A DNA stretch of 64,000 bases from an uncultured Actinomycetota bacterium (lineage in GTDB: Bacteria; Actinomycetota; Actinomycetes; JAHEKZ01), in NCBI GenBank assembly GCA_963829525.1, contig CAWHIJ010000003.1:2752001-2816000 (forward strand). The letters are read 5' to 3'. The notes under the pieces were generated by a model. The model saw only the letters and a list, made by a program, of their open reading frames with translations. It had not been told where the DNA came from and did not search any database. Below, in pieces: positions 28,003 through 39,741 of this stretch (its first letter is position 1; every line of letters begins with the position of its first letter). Position numbers and translations under genes: made by a program.

Positions 28003-29139
28003 TCAGAAGATGCCCTGATCCATCTCGCGCAGCAGACCATCCACCACAGCGCGAAGATCGCCGTCAGCGGCAGCAGCGGTTGCGCGCTGGCGCTGGTAGC
28101 TGGCGCCGATCTCCATCAGCTGCTCCACCTTCATGAGCTCTTCAGCACAACCAAGCTTTCGGGCAGTCGGCTCAAGATCTTCGGCAAGGTCGAGAATGGC
28201 CTCTTTGATGGGCTTGACGTCTTGGCCCAGATCGTCCACGACGATCTCAGCGTCGAGGCCGTAACGCGCAGCCCGCCACTTGTTCTCGCGGACGAGCCAC
28301 ATGCGTGGCTGCGGCAGCGTGTATCCCTTGTCCAGCTGACGGTCGAACGACTCGACCAGCGACTGCGCCATCGCAGCAATCACCGAGATCTCGTCAAGGG
28401 TCGGTATGCCGTCGCAGATACGAAGCTCGACGGTCCCAAAGTTCGGGTGCGGGCGGATGTCCCACCAGACCTCGCGGATGGACTCGATGGTCTTCGACGA
28501 GATCAGCGTGTCCATGTACTCCTCGAACGCGTCCCACCCGGAAAGGGAGTACGGCAGGCCCGCCGTCGGTAGACCCTCGAATACCTTGCTGCGCGCCGAC
28601 GCAAGCCCGGTATCTGAGCCCATCCAGTAGGGCGAGGAGGACGAGAGCGCCAGGAAATGCGGGATGTACATCATCAATGCGTTGTTGATCGGAATCGCCT
28701 TTTCGGGCGCACGGACACCGACATGTACGTGGACGCCGAAGATCTGCAGACGACGCGCGAGCCACTGCATCTGCTCGACCAGCTGGGCATATCGAGGATT
28801 CGGGCTGATCTGCTGTGTCGACCAGTCGGTGAAGGGGTGCGTCCCCGAACACATGACTCCGAGGTTCCGCTTGGCTGCGGCGACCTGCACTTCCTTCAGT
28901 GTGCCTGCGAGATCCTCGCGCGCTTCGGCGACCGTTGAACAGATCCCGGTGATGATCTCGATCGTCGACTCGAGCAACTCGTGCTTGGCCTTGGGATGCT
29001 CTTCGCCAGGCACGGGGGCGATCTCAGTCAGGATCTCCGTCGCACCGCTCGTCAGCTCACGGGTGTCATGATCGATGAGCTCAAGCTCCCACTCGATGCC
29101 CAGGCTCGATCGCTCTGACGGCTGAAACGGAATGTGCAC
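28003..29139 (-). CDS. Carboxylate-amine ligase (YbdK / glutamate-cysteine ligase 2 family)
   Basis: LGIEWELELID, GTHPF, FGVHVHVGV, WWDIRPHPNFGTVELRICD, ENKWRAARYGLD. Confidence 0.92.
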   Translation of the reverse strand: MHIPFQPSERSSLGIEWELELIDHDTRELTSGATEILTEIAPVPGEEHPKAKHELLESTIEIITGICSTVAEAREDLAGTLKEVQVAAAKRNLGVMCSGTHPFTDWSTQQISPNPRYAQLVEQMQWLARRLQIFGVHVHVGVRAPEKAIPINNALMMYIPHFLALSSSSPYWMGSDTGLASARSKVFEGLPTAGLPYSLSGWDAFEEYMDTLISSKTIESIREVWWDIRPHPNFGTVELRICDGIPTLDEISVIAAMAQSLVESFDRQLDKGYTLPQPRMWLVRENKWRAARYGLDAEIVVDDLGQDVKPIKEAILDLAEDLEPTARKLGCAEELMKVEQLMEIGASYQRQRATAAAADGDLRAVVDGLLREMDQGIF

Positions 29140-29242
29140 GCCTACAGGCTATGGCCGAAGGCAGTGCCGGGTCACGGGTTGGCGGACTCTTCTTGAAGAT
29201 ATTGCGCCCAGCGCCTACCTCAGCGACCGTTTGCGTCGGCAG

Positions 29243-30478
29243 CTATGCCACCGGGTGACGAGCGTCGTAGCGGACGAAGCCACCGTTGCGCAGGGCGAAG
29301 AAGATCGTCGCCGCGATGCACGAGACACCACCGATCACGATTGCCGCGTGCTCACCAAACAGACCCGCAGTGCTCCCGATCAGTGCATCACCGAGACGTG
29401 GCCCTCCCGCCACGACCACGACGAAGACGCCTTGCAGACGTCCTCGCAGCTCGTCGGGTGTCGCCACCTGCAAGATCGTCGAGCGGAAGACCGCGCTCAC
29501 CATGTCGGCGGCTCCGGTGAGCGCCAGGAAGAAGAGCGCCCACGTGAAGATGTCGGTCAGACCGAAGAAGGCGACGGCTGCGCCGTAGCCGCAGACCATC
29601 ACCACCACCATGAGTCCCTGGCGGCGCACCGTGCCGAGCCATCCGGACAACACGCCAGCAAGCACCGAACCGACAGCGGGGGCCGCCGCCAACAGCCCGA
29701 CCGTGCGGGCGCCACCGCCGAAGGTCGTGGCGGCGAGCGCGGGGAAGAGTGCTCGAGGTTGGGCCAGCACCATGGCGCACAGGTCGATGATGAAGGTCAT
29801 CAGCAGATTGCGTCTGGTCGAGAGGAACCGTAGCCCCACCCACACTCCGGCCCAACCAGTGCGATGGACGTCGGCCTCGGGTGCGATGGCGGGCAGTCTG
29901 AAGAGCCCGTACATCGCGGCGCTGAAGAGCAGCGCGTCGATTGCATAGGCCGCGGTCAGGCTGTAAGCGTCGATGACAAGGCCACCAAGCAGTGGACCAA
30001 GCATGAACCCCGCGCTGAACGTCAGCGTGGTGAGGGCGTTGGCCGCAGGCAGCAGACTCGGCTCGATCAGCCGAGGCACGATCGCCGACCTCGCGGGAGT
30101 GTTGACTGCGAAGAACGCCGACTCCGCGGCGATCACGACATAGAGCAGCCACACCTGATCCAGCCCAAGCCAAGCCTGGCCGACCAGTACCAGCGAACAG
30201 AGCCAGAGGCCCGTCGACGACCACAGTGCGACCTGACGACGGTCGTGGGTGTCCGAGATGGAGCCCCCGTAGAGCCCAAAGATCACGAGGGGGAAGAAGG
30301 CAGCGAGTCCGATCATTCCGACCGCGAAGCTGGAGCCGGTGATCGCGTAGACCTGGATGCCGACGGCGACGGCGGCCATCGACTGGCCCACCTGTGCCAA
30401 CGTCCAACCACCCCACATCCGCCGGTACTCGGGGCTGACCCGCAAGGGACGCAGATCGAGCATCAGACGGCGGGGCAC
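29243..30478 (-). CDS. MFS transporter (EntS/H+ antiporter-like)
   Basis: DLRPLR..AVAVGIQVYAITGSSFAVG; STILQVATPDELRGRLQG; GGPRLGD. Confidence 0.9.
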   Translation of the reverse strand: MPRRLMLDLRPLRVSPEYRRMWGGWTLAQVGQSMAAVAVGIQVYAITGSSFAVGMIGLAAFFPLVIFGLYGGSISDTHDRRQVALWSSTGLWLCSLVLVGQAWLGLDQVWLLYVVIAAESAFFAVNTPARSAIVPRLIEPSLLPAANALTTLTFSAGFMLGPLLGGLVIDAYSLTAAYAIDALLFSAAMYGLFRLPAIAPEADVHRTGWAGVWVGLRFLSTRRNLLMTFIIDLCAMVLAQPRALFPALAATTFGGGARTVGLLAAAPAVGSVLAGVLSGWLGTVRRQGLMVVVMVCGYGAAVAFFGLTDIFTWALFFLALTGAADMVSAVFRSTILQVATPDELRGRLQGVFVVVVAGGPRLGDALIGSTAGLFGEHAAIVIGGVSCIAATIFFALRNGGFVRYDARHPVA

Positions 30479-30588
30479 TTGGCACATCCTGCCCGGTCAT
30501 AGGGGTCGACGCCGATTCTGAGGTGACCACAGACCCCCGCATGATCGGACCGGCGACATCACCTCCGCATCGTGGGAGGCTGATGGCC

Positions 30589-31179
30589 ATGACCGACACC
30601 CCACACAAGGACGACCTGCACGGCTACCTCACAGGCGCGCGTAAGGCGCTGCTCTGGAAGCTCGACGGTCTCTCCGAGTACGACATGCGGCGTCCGCTGG
30701 TTCCGACAGGAACCAACCTGCTGGGCATCGTCAAACATGTGGGCAGCGTTGCCGCCGGCTACTTCGGCGAGTGCTTCGGACGTCCGTTCCCCGAACCACT
30801 GCCCTGGTTCGCCGACGACGCCGAACCGAACGCTGACATGTGGGCCACTCCAGAGGAATCAAAGGAGTTCATCCTGGGTGTTTACGAACGCGCCTGGGCA
30901 CATGCCGACGCAACCATCGAGGCACTTCCTCTCGATGCCACCTCGAACGTGCCTTGGTGGCCAGACGGCCACAACACCCCCACGCTGCACACCCTGCTCG
31001 TCCACATGACGGCCGAAACTTACCGGCATGCTGGGCAAGCCGACATCGTGCGCGAGCTCATTGACGGCGCCGTCGGATGGCGCGACGGCAACTCGAACGT
31101 GCCAGACCTCGAAGAGCGCGCATGGGTGGAGTACTACGAGCGGCTACAGACTGCTGCGGAGCGGTTCAAGGAAGCCTGA
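30589..31179 (+). CDS. DinB/DUF664 family protein (thiol S-transferase-like)
   Basis: LWKLDGLSEYDMRRPLVPTGTNLLGIVKH..HMTAETYRHAGQADIVRELIDG. Confidence 0.88.
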   Translation: MTDTPHKDDLHGYLTGARKALLWKLDGLSEYDMRRPLVPTGTNLLGIVKHVGSVAAGYFGECFGRPFPEPLPWFADDAEPNADMWATPEESKEFILGVYERAWAHADATIEALPLDATSNVPWWPDGHNTPTLHTLLVHMTAETYRHAGQADIVRELIDGAVGWRDGNSNVPDLEERAWVEYYERLQTAAERFKEA

Positions 31180-31227
31180 GTGTGAACTGTTGGCCGCGAT
31201 GACCGCGGCTAGCTCTTCACACTCAGG
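31175..31227. repeat. REP-like palindrome / bidirectional terminator carrying both stop codons
   Basis: CCTGAGTGTGAA...TTCACACTCAGG perfect 12-bp inverted repeat, plus inner stem TGGCCGCG/CGCGGCTA. Confidence 0.75.
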
Positions 31228-31870
31228 GCGAGAGCCGCTCGATCGTCCAGTCGCCAGCCGACCGCCGGTAGCGCACGCGGTCGTGCAGCCGGTTCGGGCG
31301 TCCTTGCCAGAACTCGATCTCGTCAGGGACGAGGCGGTAACCACCCCAGAACTCCGGAACCGGAACAAAGGCGCCGTCGGGGTACTGCTCGCTGAGGGCG
31401 AGATAGCGCTCACCGAGCACCTGACGCGAGGAGACCACCTCGCTCTGCCGCGAGGTCCACGCACCGAGCTGGCTGCCATGTGGGCGGGAGTGGAAGTAGT
31501 CGGCCGTCTCTTCCGCACTCACCTTCTGCACAGCACCGGTGACAGTCACCTGCCGCTCGAGGTCAAGCCAGGGAAAGCAGAGCGAGGCCTGAGGGTTCTC
31601 GGCCAGATGTTGACCCTTCGTCGAACCGTAGTTGGTGAAGAAGGTAAAGCCTTCCGAGTCGGCGACCTTCAGCAACAACGTCCGCGCTCTTGGGCGCCCC
31701 GAAGCGTCAGCCGTGGCCAACACCATCGCGTTCGGCTCCATCAGGTCGGCGGCAACGGCGTCCCGCAGCCAGCGCAGGAACTGGGCAACCGGGTCCTGGT
31801 CGACGTCGGCCACGTCGAGGCCGGCGAGTTCGTAGCTACGCCGCAGCGCGGCGAGAGCGGCGGGGTCCAT
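31223..31870 (-). CDS. pdxH: Pyridoxamine 5'-phosphate oxidase
   Basis: [54 protein letters not shown]. Confidence 0.95.
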   Translation of the reverse strand: MDPAALAALRRSYELAGLDVADVDQDPVAQFLRWLRDAVAADLMEPNAMVLATADASGRPRARTLLLKVADSEGFTFFTNYGSTKGQHLAENPQASLCFPWLDLERQVTVTGAVQKVSAEETADYFHSRPHGSQLGAWTSRQSEVVSSRQVLGERYLALSEQYPDGAFVPVPEFWGGYRLVPDEIEFWQGRPNRLHDRVRYRRSAGDWTIERLSP

Positions 31871-31987
31871 GGGACCATTCTGGCGCCCCGTCCCGGGCCG
31901 CGCATACCGCCAGCAGCAGGGTCGGGTTAGATAGCGGTGAGCAGCGACCCTGCCGACCCAGACCCACCGCGTCGAGGAGTGCCCACC

Positions 31988-33109
31988 ATGGCGAACTCGG
32001 ACTTCGTGCCCGGCCTTGAAGGCGTTATCGCCTTCGAGACGCAGATTGCCGAGCCCGACAAAGAGGGTAGTGCCCTGCGCTACCGCGGTGTCGACATCGA
32101 AGACCTAGTCGGACGAGTCACATTTGGCAACGTTTGGGGCCTGCTGGTCGACAACGAGTTCAATCCCGGGCTTCCGCCCGCCGAGCCGTTTCCACTGCCT
32201 GTGCACTCCGGTGATGTACGCGTCGATGTGCAGAGTGCCCTCGCGATGCTGTCACCGTCATGGGGCCTGCGCCCACTGCTCGACATCGACCACGACCAGA
32301 CCCGTGACGACCTCGCGAGGGCCAGCGTGATGGCGCTGTCCTACGTTGCGCAGTCCGCGCGTGGGCTCGGCCTGCCGATGGTGCCCCAGCGCGAGATCGA
32401 CAAGTCCACCAGCGTCGTCCAGCGGTTCATGGTCCGCTGGCGTGGCGAACCCGATCCGAAGCACGTCAAGGCCGTCGACGCCTACTTCGTCAGTGCGGCC
32501 GAGCACGGTATGAACGCCTCGACCTTCACTGCGCGGGTGATCGCGTCCACGGGCGCTGACGTCGCTGCGGCTCTGTCCGGAGCCGTTGGCGCGATGTCGG
32601 GCCCCCTTCACGGTGGCGCACCATCGCGCGTGCTGCACATGCTCGAAGAGGTCGAGCGCACCGGCGACGCCGAAGGGTTCGTGCGCAACATCCTGGACAC
32701 CAAGCAGCGCCTCATGGGGTTCGGCCACCGCGTCTACCGAGCCGAGGACCCTCGCGCCCGAGTACTGCGGCGCACCGCACGCGACCTCGGCGCCCCCCGC
32801 TACGAGGTCGCCGAAGAGCTAGAACGCGCCGCACTGAAGATCCTGGCTGAGCGAAAGCCAGACCGAGTCATTGCCACCAACGTCGAGTTCTGGTCGGCCG
32901 TCGTCCTGGACTTCGCCGAGGTTCCCGCGCACATGTTCACGCCAATGTTCACCTGTGCACGCACTGCCGGGTGGAGCGCGCACATCCTGGAACAGAAGGA
33001 GACCGGTCGCCTGATCCGTCCGTCCGCCCGATACGTGGGGCCCGCACCGCGCAAGCCCGAGGCCGTCGAGGGATGGGACCGCGAGGTCAAGCCCTCGTAC
33101 GCGATCTAG
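31988..33109 (+). CDS. citA: Citrate synthase 2
   Basis: [47 protein letters not shown]. Confidence 0.93.
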   Translation: MANSDFVPGLEGVIAFETQIAEPDKEGSALRYRGVDIEDLVGRVTFGNVWGLLVDNEFNPGLPPAEPFPLPVHSGDVRVDVQSALAMLSPSWGLRPLLDIDHDQTRDDLARASVMALSYVAQSARGLGLPMVPQREIDKSTSVVQRFMVRWRGEPDPKHVKAVDAYFVSAAEHGMNASTFTARVIASTGADVAAALSGAVGAMSGPLHGGAPSRVLHMLEEVERTGDAEGFVRNILDTKQRLMGFGHRVYRAEDPRARVLRRTARDLGAPRYEVAEELERAALKILAERKPDRVIATNVEFWSAVVLDFAEVPAHMFTPMFTCARTAGWSAHILEQKETGRLIRPSARYVGPAPRKPEAVEGWDREVKPSYAI

Positions 33110-33193
33110 ACCCGCAGGACTGTGTTGTTTCACCCAGCGGAAATGTGTGCCGCCCCGGGGCGCAGTCGCTGGTCGGCCTCATAGGCTGGTCAC

Positions 33194-35328
<2,135 letters not shown>

Positions 35329-36634
35329 CCGGGGAACTCGACGGCGAAAGTCGCCAGCCGGGGCGAACGGCGTCCAGGTCATCGGGCTCAGCAATGTGCA
35401 GATGTGGCCGCGGGCGGGCGTGGGCGCGGACCTCCAACCCGGAGCGACGAACGTGGAGGACGGCAACGGTCAACGCTGCAAGAGCCGACACGATCCCCCC
35501 CAATGCAATCGACCAACGCGGTCCGAACGTCTCGGCGACCCAGCCGATCAGCGGAGAGCCGAGCGGAGTTCCGCCCAAGAAGAGCAGCGTATAGATACCC
35601 ATCACGCGTCCGCGCAGCTCTGGCTCGGAGTTCAGCTGCAAGAACGACTGGGTGGCGTTAATGAGCGTGAGGGCGCCCATGCCCACCAGTGGCAGCGCAA
35701 CCAGGAACATCAGATAGCTCGGCATCAGAGCCACCACCACGGCGGCGGCTCCAAAGGCGAGCGCCGCCAGAACGACCAGGCGGATTCGAGGTGCACCGCG
35801 TCGCGCGGCCGCGAGCGATCCGGCCAGGGACCCCACGGCCAGCACCGTTGACGCAACACCGAAGGCGGCCGGCCCGAGCTCGAACTCCCCGGTCACCATC
35901 GCAGCGATCGTCAGCTGGAAGTTCAGGCCGAAGGTACCGACGAAGAAGGCAATGATCAGCACAAGGACGAGGTCTGGGCGCGCCCAGACGTACCTGATCC
36001 CCTCGCGCAGGCCTCCAGCGTCAGCATTCGGGCGTACCGGCACGGCCAGGTCGTCGGGTCGGATGCGGGAGAGGGCGACGAGCACAGCGAGGTAGCCCAC
36101 CGTATTGAGGATGAAGACCCAGCCGGAGCCGACTGCGGCGATCAGCAAGCCGGCAACGGCAGGCCCGAAGACGCGGCCGAGGTTGAACGACGCGGTGTTC
36201 AGCGCAACTGCGTTGGGCAGGTCCTCGACGTCGACCATCTCAGAGACGAAGGCCTGCCGGGCCGGCCCGTCGAATGCTGCGATCGAACCGACAAGGAAGG
36301 CCATCAGCATGACGAGCGGGACGGTTGCCGAGCCCGTGAGCACGAGGACTCCCAGGCTGAAGGCGGCGACACCAAGAAGCGCAGTCGTGACGAAGAGCAG
36401 CTGACGCCGGCCGAAACGGTCGGCAAGACCGCCGCCCCAGAGGCTGAAGAGCAGCATGGGAAGGAACTGCAGACCGACAGTGATTCCGAGCGCGGTCGCT
36501 GAACGGTCGGTGAGTTCAAGCACGAGCCAGTCCTGGGCAACGCGCTGCATCCAGACGCCGGTGTTCGCCAGCAGCTGCCCAGAGGCATACAGCCGGTAGT
36601 TGCGAACGCGGAGGGATCGGAAGGTAGGACTCAC
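35329..36634 (-). CDS. MFS transporter
   Basis: TFRSLRVRNYRLY..WMQRVAQDWLV..PARQAFVSEMV..LRGRVMG..GGTPLGSP; no stop codon before the downstream secreted domain. Confidence 0.88.
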
Positions 36635-37122
36635 TCGCTGATCAGTGTCTCCAGAATCGGCACGACTTCACGCAGGGCACGTCGCTGTTCGGCGTCGAGG
36701 GTGGCCAATCGCTGGGCCAGCCAGGCCTCCCTGCGCTCGCGGTCGGCGCGCAGCATGGCGCGGGCATCGTCGGTGACGGCAACCAGTACCTGGCGGCCGT
36801 CCGTGGGATGGGCGGTCCTGACGATCAGACCGCGCTCACTCAGCCCTGCGAGCACCCGCGTCATCGACGGCGGGCGTACCCGCTCGACGGTGGCGAGGTG
36901 GCCGGGGGTCGTTGGGCCGCAACGCTCGAGGGCCGCGAGGGCCGACAACTGGGTCAACGTGAGGTCGAGGTCTGCGCGCTCGTGACGGAGCCGGCGGGCC
37001 AGTCGCATGACGGCCATTCGCAGGTCTCCGGCCAGCGGCAGCGCGGCCGCCCCAGCGGAGCCCGACCCTCGAGCCCGAACTGTGGCTGTGGCTGTGGATG
37101 TGGCGGCGGCTGAAACTGACAT
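36631..37122 (-). CDS. MarR-family regulator (Rv0880-like)
   Basis: LRMAVMRLARRLR..LTQLSAL..ERVRPPSMTRVL..HPTDGRQ; leaderless TATGCT-N6-ATG. Confidence 0.9.
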   Translation of the reverse strand: MSVSAAATSTATATVRARGSGSAGAAALPLAGDLRMAVMRLARRLRHERADLDLTLTQLSALAALERCGPTTPGHLATVERVRPPSMTRVLAGLSERGLIVRTAHPTDGRQVLVAVTDDARAMLRADRERREAWLAQRLATLDAEQRRALREVVPILETLISE

Positions 37123-37125
37123 GCC

Positions 37126-37153
37126 GTTAGCATACGTCATTACTCCTGCTAAC
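37126..37153. promoter_or_regulatory. Putative MarR operator GTTAGCA-N14-TGCTAAC
   Basis: Perfect 7-bp inverted repeat overlapping the marR -10 element. Confidence 0.55.
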
Positions 37154-38343
37154 GAAACTCCAGCAGGTCCGCAAGGCGCGGCCGAAGGCTCCACTCCTCC
37201 ACCAGTTGCCGGTACTCCGCTTGCTGCTCGGCTGTGGACGCTGAACCGGTGCGCTGCGCCCGCAGCAGAACGTTGCGCGGGGTGTGCCTGCTGTCGACGA
37301 ACTCAACGAGGTCGGTGCGGTAGCCCTCTCTCCTCAGCAGCTGGGCACGGAGCGCATCGGTGACGACGTCCCCCCAGCGCTCCCGAAGCAGACCGTGGCG
37401 GGTGACGAGCCCGTAAGGCGCTGGCGGAGCGGCTGCCCGCAGCTGTCGCTGGATGTCGTGATGACAGCAGGGAGCAGCAAGAATCAACTCGCTCTTCCAG
37501 CCGACGCCCCGCGCCAGCGCGTCATCGGTGGCCGTGTCGCAGGCATGCAGGGCAAGGGTGATGTCGGCCGGGGAGCTCGACGTCGGCGTCTCCGATTGTT
37601 GCCTCGACAAAGTGCACATCAGCCGACCAGCCGAGTCGTCCCGCGACCTTGTGTTGTGCTGGAGTGCCTGTTGCTTGACGTCCACCCCGACCAGCTCGAC
37701 CGAGAGCCCAAGGCCAGCAGTCAGGTGCTGGTACGCGGCGAAGGTGAGATAGGCGTTTCCGCACCCGAGGTCGACAACGCGCAGCCTCTCGCGCTGGAGG
37801 CGGCCGGCATCGCGAGCGTCCCGAACTGCCGCGTCGAGTAACCGGACAAACTCTTCGACCTGGTGGTACTTGTCAGCGCGCGACCTCTTGACGGCCCCAG
37901 AGCTGTCGGTGACACCGAGCTCGCGGAGGAAGGGAGCGGCAGGATCGACGAGGCGGCTCTTGACGCGGTCGTGCGAGATGTTGCGGGCCCGTCCGGTTGA
38001 CGACCGCGTCACCAGAACGCTGCCGCTCTTGGAGACCCGGTAGCCCAGCTCGCCATCGGTGCTGGCCACGTGCCAGTGCCCGAACGGTTCACTCAGCAAG
38101 CTCTTGAACCACCCGCTCGGCATCGGCGTTCCATGGGTAGTTGTTGGTGAAGGACTGACGCTCGTCGTAGGTGACGACCTGCAGATGCGAGCCACTCTTC
38201 AACTCGACGGGACGGAGCTCGACCCGGCGCCATCGGGGCCGCTGACCACGCAGCGCGCCACCGGCCGTCGCCCGGACCAGCCGCTCAGCGTCCAGGACGC
38301 GCTGCTGAATCTCCGCTCGTGCGGTGGCGAGGTCCGTGGGCAC
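37149..38343 (-). CDS. Class I SAM-dependent methyltransferase (Methyltransf_32-like); about 3 indels
   Basis: DKYHQVEEF, VVDLGCGNAYLTFA, ALHACDTATD, APCCHH, EFVDSRHTPRN; N-terminus in ORF 38089..38343. Confidence 0.85.
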
Positions 38344-38360
38344 GCGCCTACTGTCTCACC

Positions 38361-39332
38361 ATGGAATACACACACATAGGACGCACAGGGTTGGAGGTCT
38401 CGCGGCTCTGCCTCGGCACCATGAACTTCGGGCCGCAGACACCCGAGCCTGAGTCGCACGCCGTGATGGACCATGCGCTCGAAGCTGGGATCAACTTCTT
38501 CGACACTGCGAATGTCTACGGCTGGGAGATCGGCAGGGGCACCACCGAGACGATCATCGGAAACTGGTTCGCCCAAGGTGGTGAGCGACGCGACAAGGTG
38601 GTGCTCGCCACCAAGCTCTACGGCTCGATGACCGAGTGGCCGAACGACACATTTCTTTCGGCGCGCAACATCCGGCGCGCCTGCGACGCGTCGCTGAAGC
38701 GCATGCAGACCGACTGGATCGACCTCTACCAGATGCACCACGTCGACCGTTCCACACCGTGGGAGGAGATCTGGGAAGCCTTCAGCGTGCTTCGTCAGCA
38801 GGGCAAGGTCCTCTACTTCGGGTCGTCCAACTTCGCCGGGTGGCACCTCGCACAGGCGCAGGAAGCGGCTCGGCGCCTCGGGATGCTCGGCCTCGCCAGT
38901 GAGCAGTCGATCTACAACTTGGCCGTGCGCACTATCGAGCTCGAGGTTCTCCCAGCCGCTCGGCAGTACGGAATCGGAGTGATTCCTTGGTCTCCGCTCT
39001 ACGGAGGCGTGCTCGGCGGCATCCTGAAGAAGACCGACGAGGGACGAGCCGTCGGCGAGGGGACGCAAGAACGGCTTGCCAAGTATCGGCCGCAGGTGGA
39101 GCAGTACGAGGAGTTCTGTCGCGACCTTGGTGAGCACCCGGCCGACGTCGGTCTCGCCTGGCTGCTCGCCCAACCAGGGGTCACAGCACCCATCATCGGG
39201 CCGCGCACGAAGGCACAGCTGGACGGCAACCTCCACGCTCTCGAGGTGACTTTGACGGACGACGCTCTGGCGAGGCTCGACGAGATCTGGCCCGGGCCAG
39301 GGGGCACCGCACCTGAGGCCTACGCCTGGTAG
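38361..39332 (+). CDS. Aldo/keto reductase
   Basis: VSRLCLGTMNFG, GINFFDTANVYG, DWIDLYQMHH, GKVLYFGSSN, IPWSPL. Confidence 0.93.
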   Translation: MEYTHIGRTGLEVSRLCLGTMNFGPQTPEPESHAVMDHALEAGINFFDTANVYGWEIGRGTTETIIGNWFAQGGERRDKVVLATKLYGSMTEWPNDTFLSARNIRRACDASLKRMQTDWIDLYQMHHVDRSTPWEEIWEAFSVLRQQGKVLYFGSSNFAGWHLAQAQEAARRLGMLGLASEQSIYNLAVRTIELEVLPAARQYGIGVIPWSPLYGGVLGGILKKTDEGRAVGEGTQERLAKYRPQVEQYEEFCRDLGEHPADVGLAWLLAQPGVTAPIIGPRTKAQLDGNLHALEVTLTDDALARLDEIWPGPGGTAPEAYAW

Positions 39333-39348
39333 GCACCAGCGCACCCGG

Positions 39349-39435
39349 CTAACCAACCACAGCAACAATTACGACGACCATCACGAACGCCACCAGCACG
39401 AGCGGAACCAGCCAGCGACGCGTCCGGGGATTCAC
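39349..39435 (-). CDS. 28-aa single-pass membrane peptide (below the ORF-track cutoff)
   Basis: GTG..MNPRTRRWLVPLVLVAFVMVVVIVAVVG-TAG; leaderless TAGGCT-N7-GTG. Confidence 0.65.
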   Translation of the reverse strand: MNPRTRRWLVPLVLVAFVMVVVIVAVVG

Positions 39436-39477
39436 GGAGCTGAGCCTAAGCGACCCCGGTGGTCTATCGTCGCCGAC

Positions 39478-39741
39478 GTGTCAACGGAGCAGCCACAGCC
39501 CACCCGTCGTGTCGAGCCGCTCGACCTCGATGCTGTGCGCACGGTGCAGATCGGCACCGCCCTATGGGCAGTTGCGTTGATTGCGTCTCTCATCGCTCGT
39601 GACACCCTCGAGGCCCAAGACCGAACCTGGTGGATCTGGACGTGTGTTGCCGGGGTCGTCCTTGGGATCTTCGGCCTTCTGGTGACAACCAGGCGAAGAC
39701 GCCGTATCGCCAGTTCCCGATCAGCAAATCAACGGTCGTAA
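39478..39741 (+). CDS. DUF2530 family membrane protein
   Basis: VEPLDLDAVRTVQIGTALW..WWIWTCVAGVVLGIFGL..RRRRR; fits local synteny. Confidence 0.8.
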   Translation: MSTEQPQPTRRVEPLDLDAVRTVQIGTALWAVALIASLIARDTLEAQDRTWWIWTCVAGVVLGIFGLLVTTRRRRRIASSRSANQRS

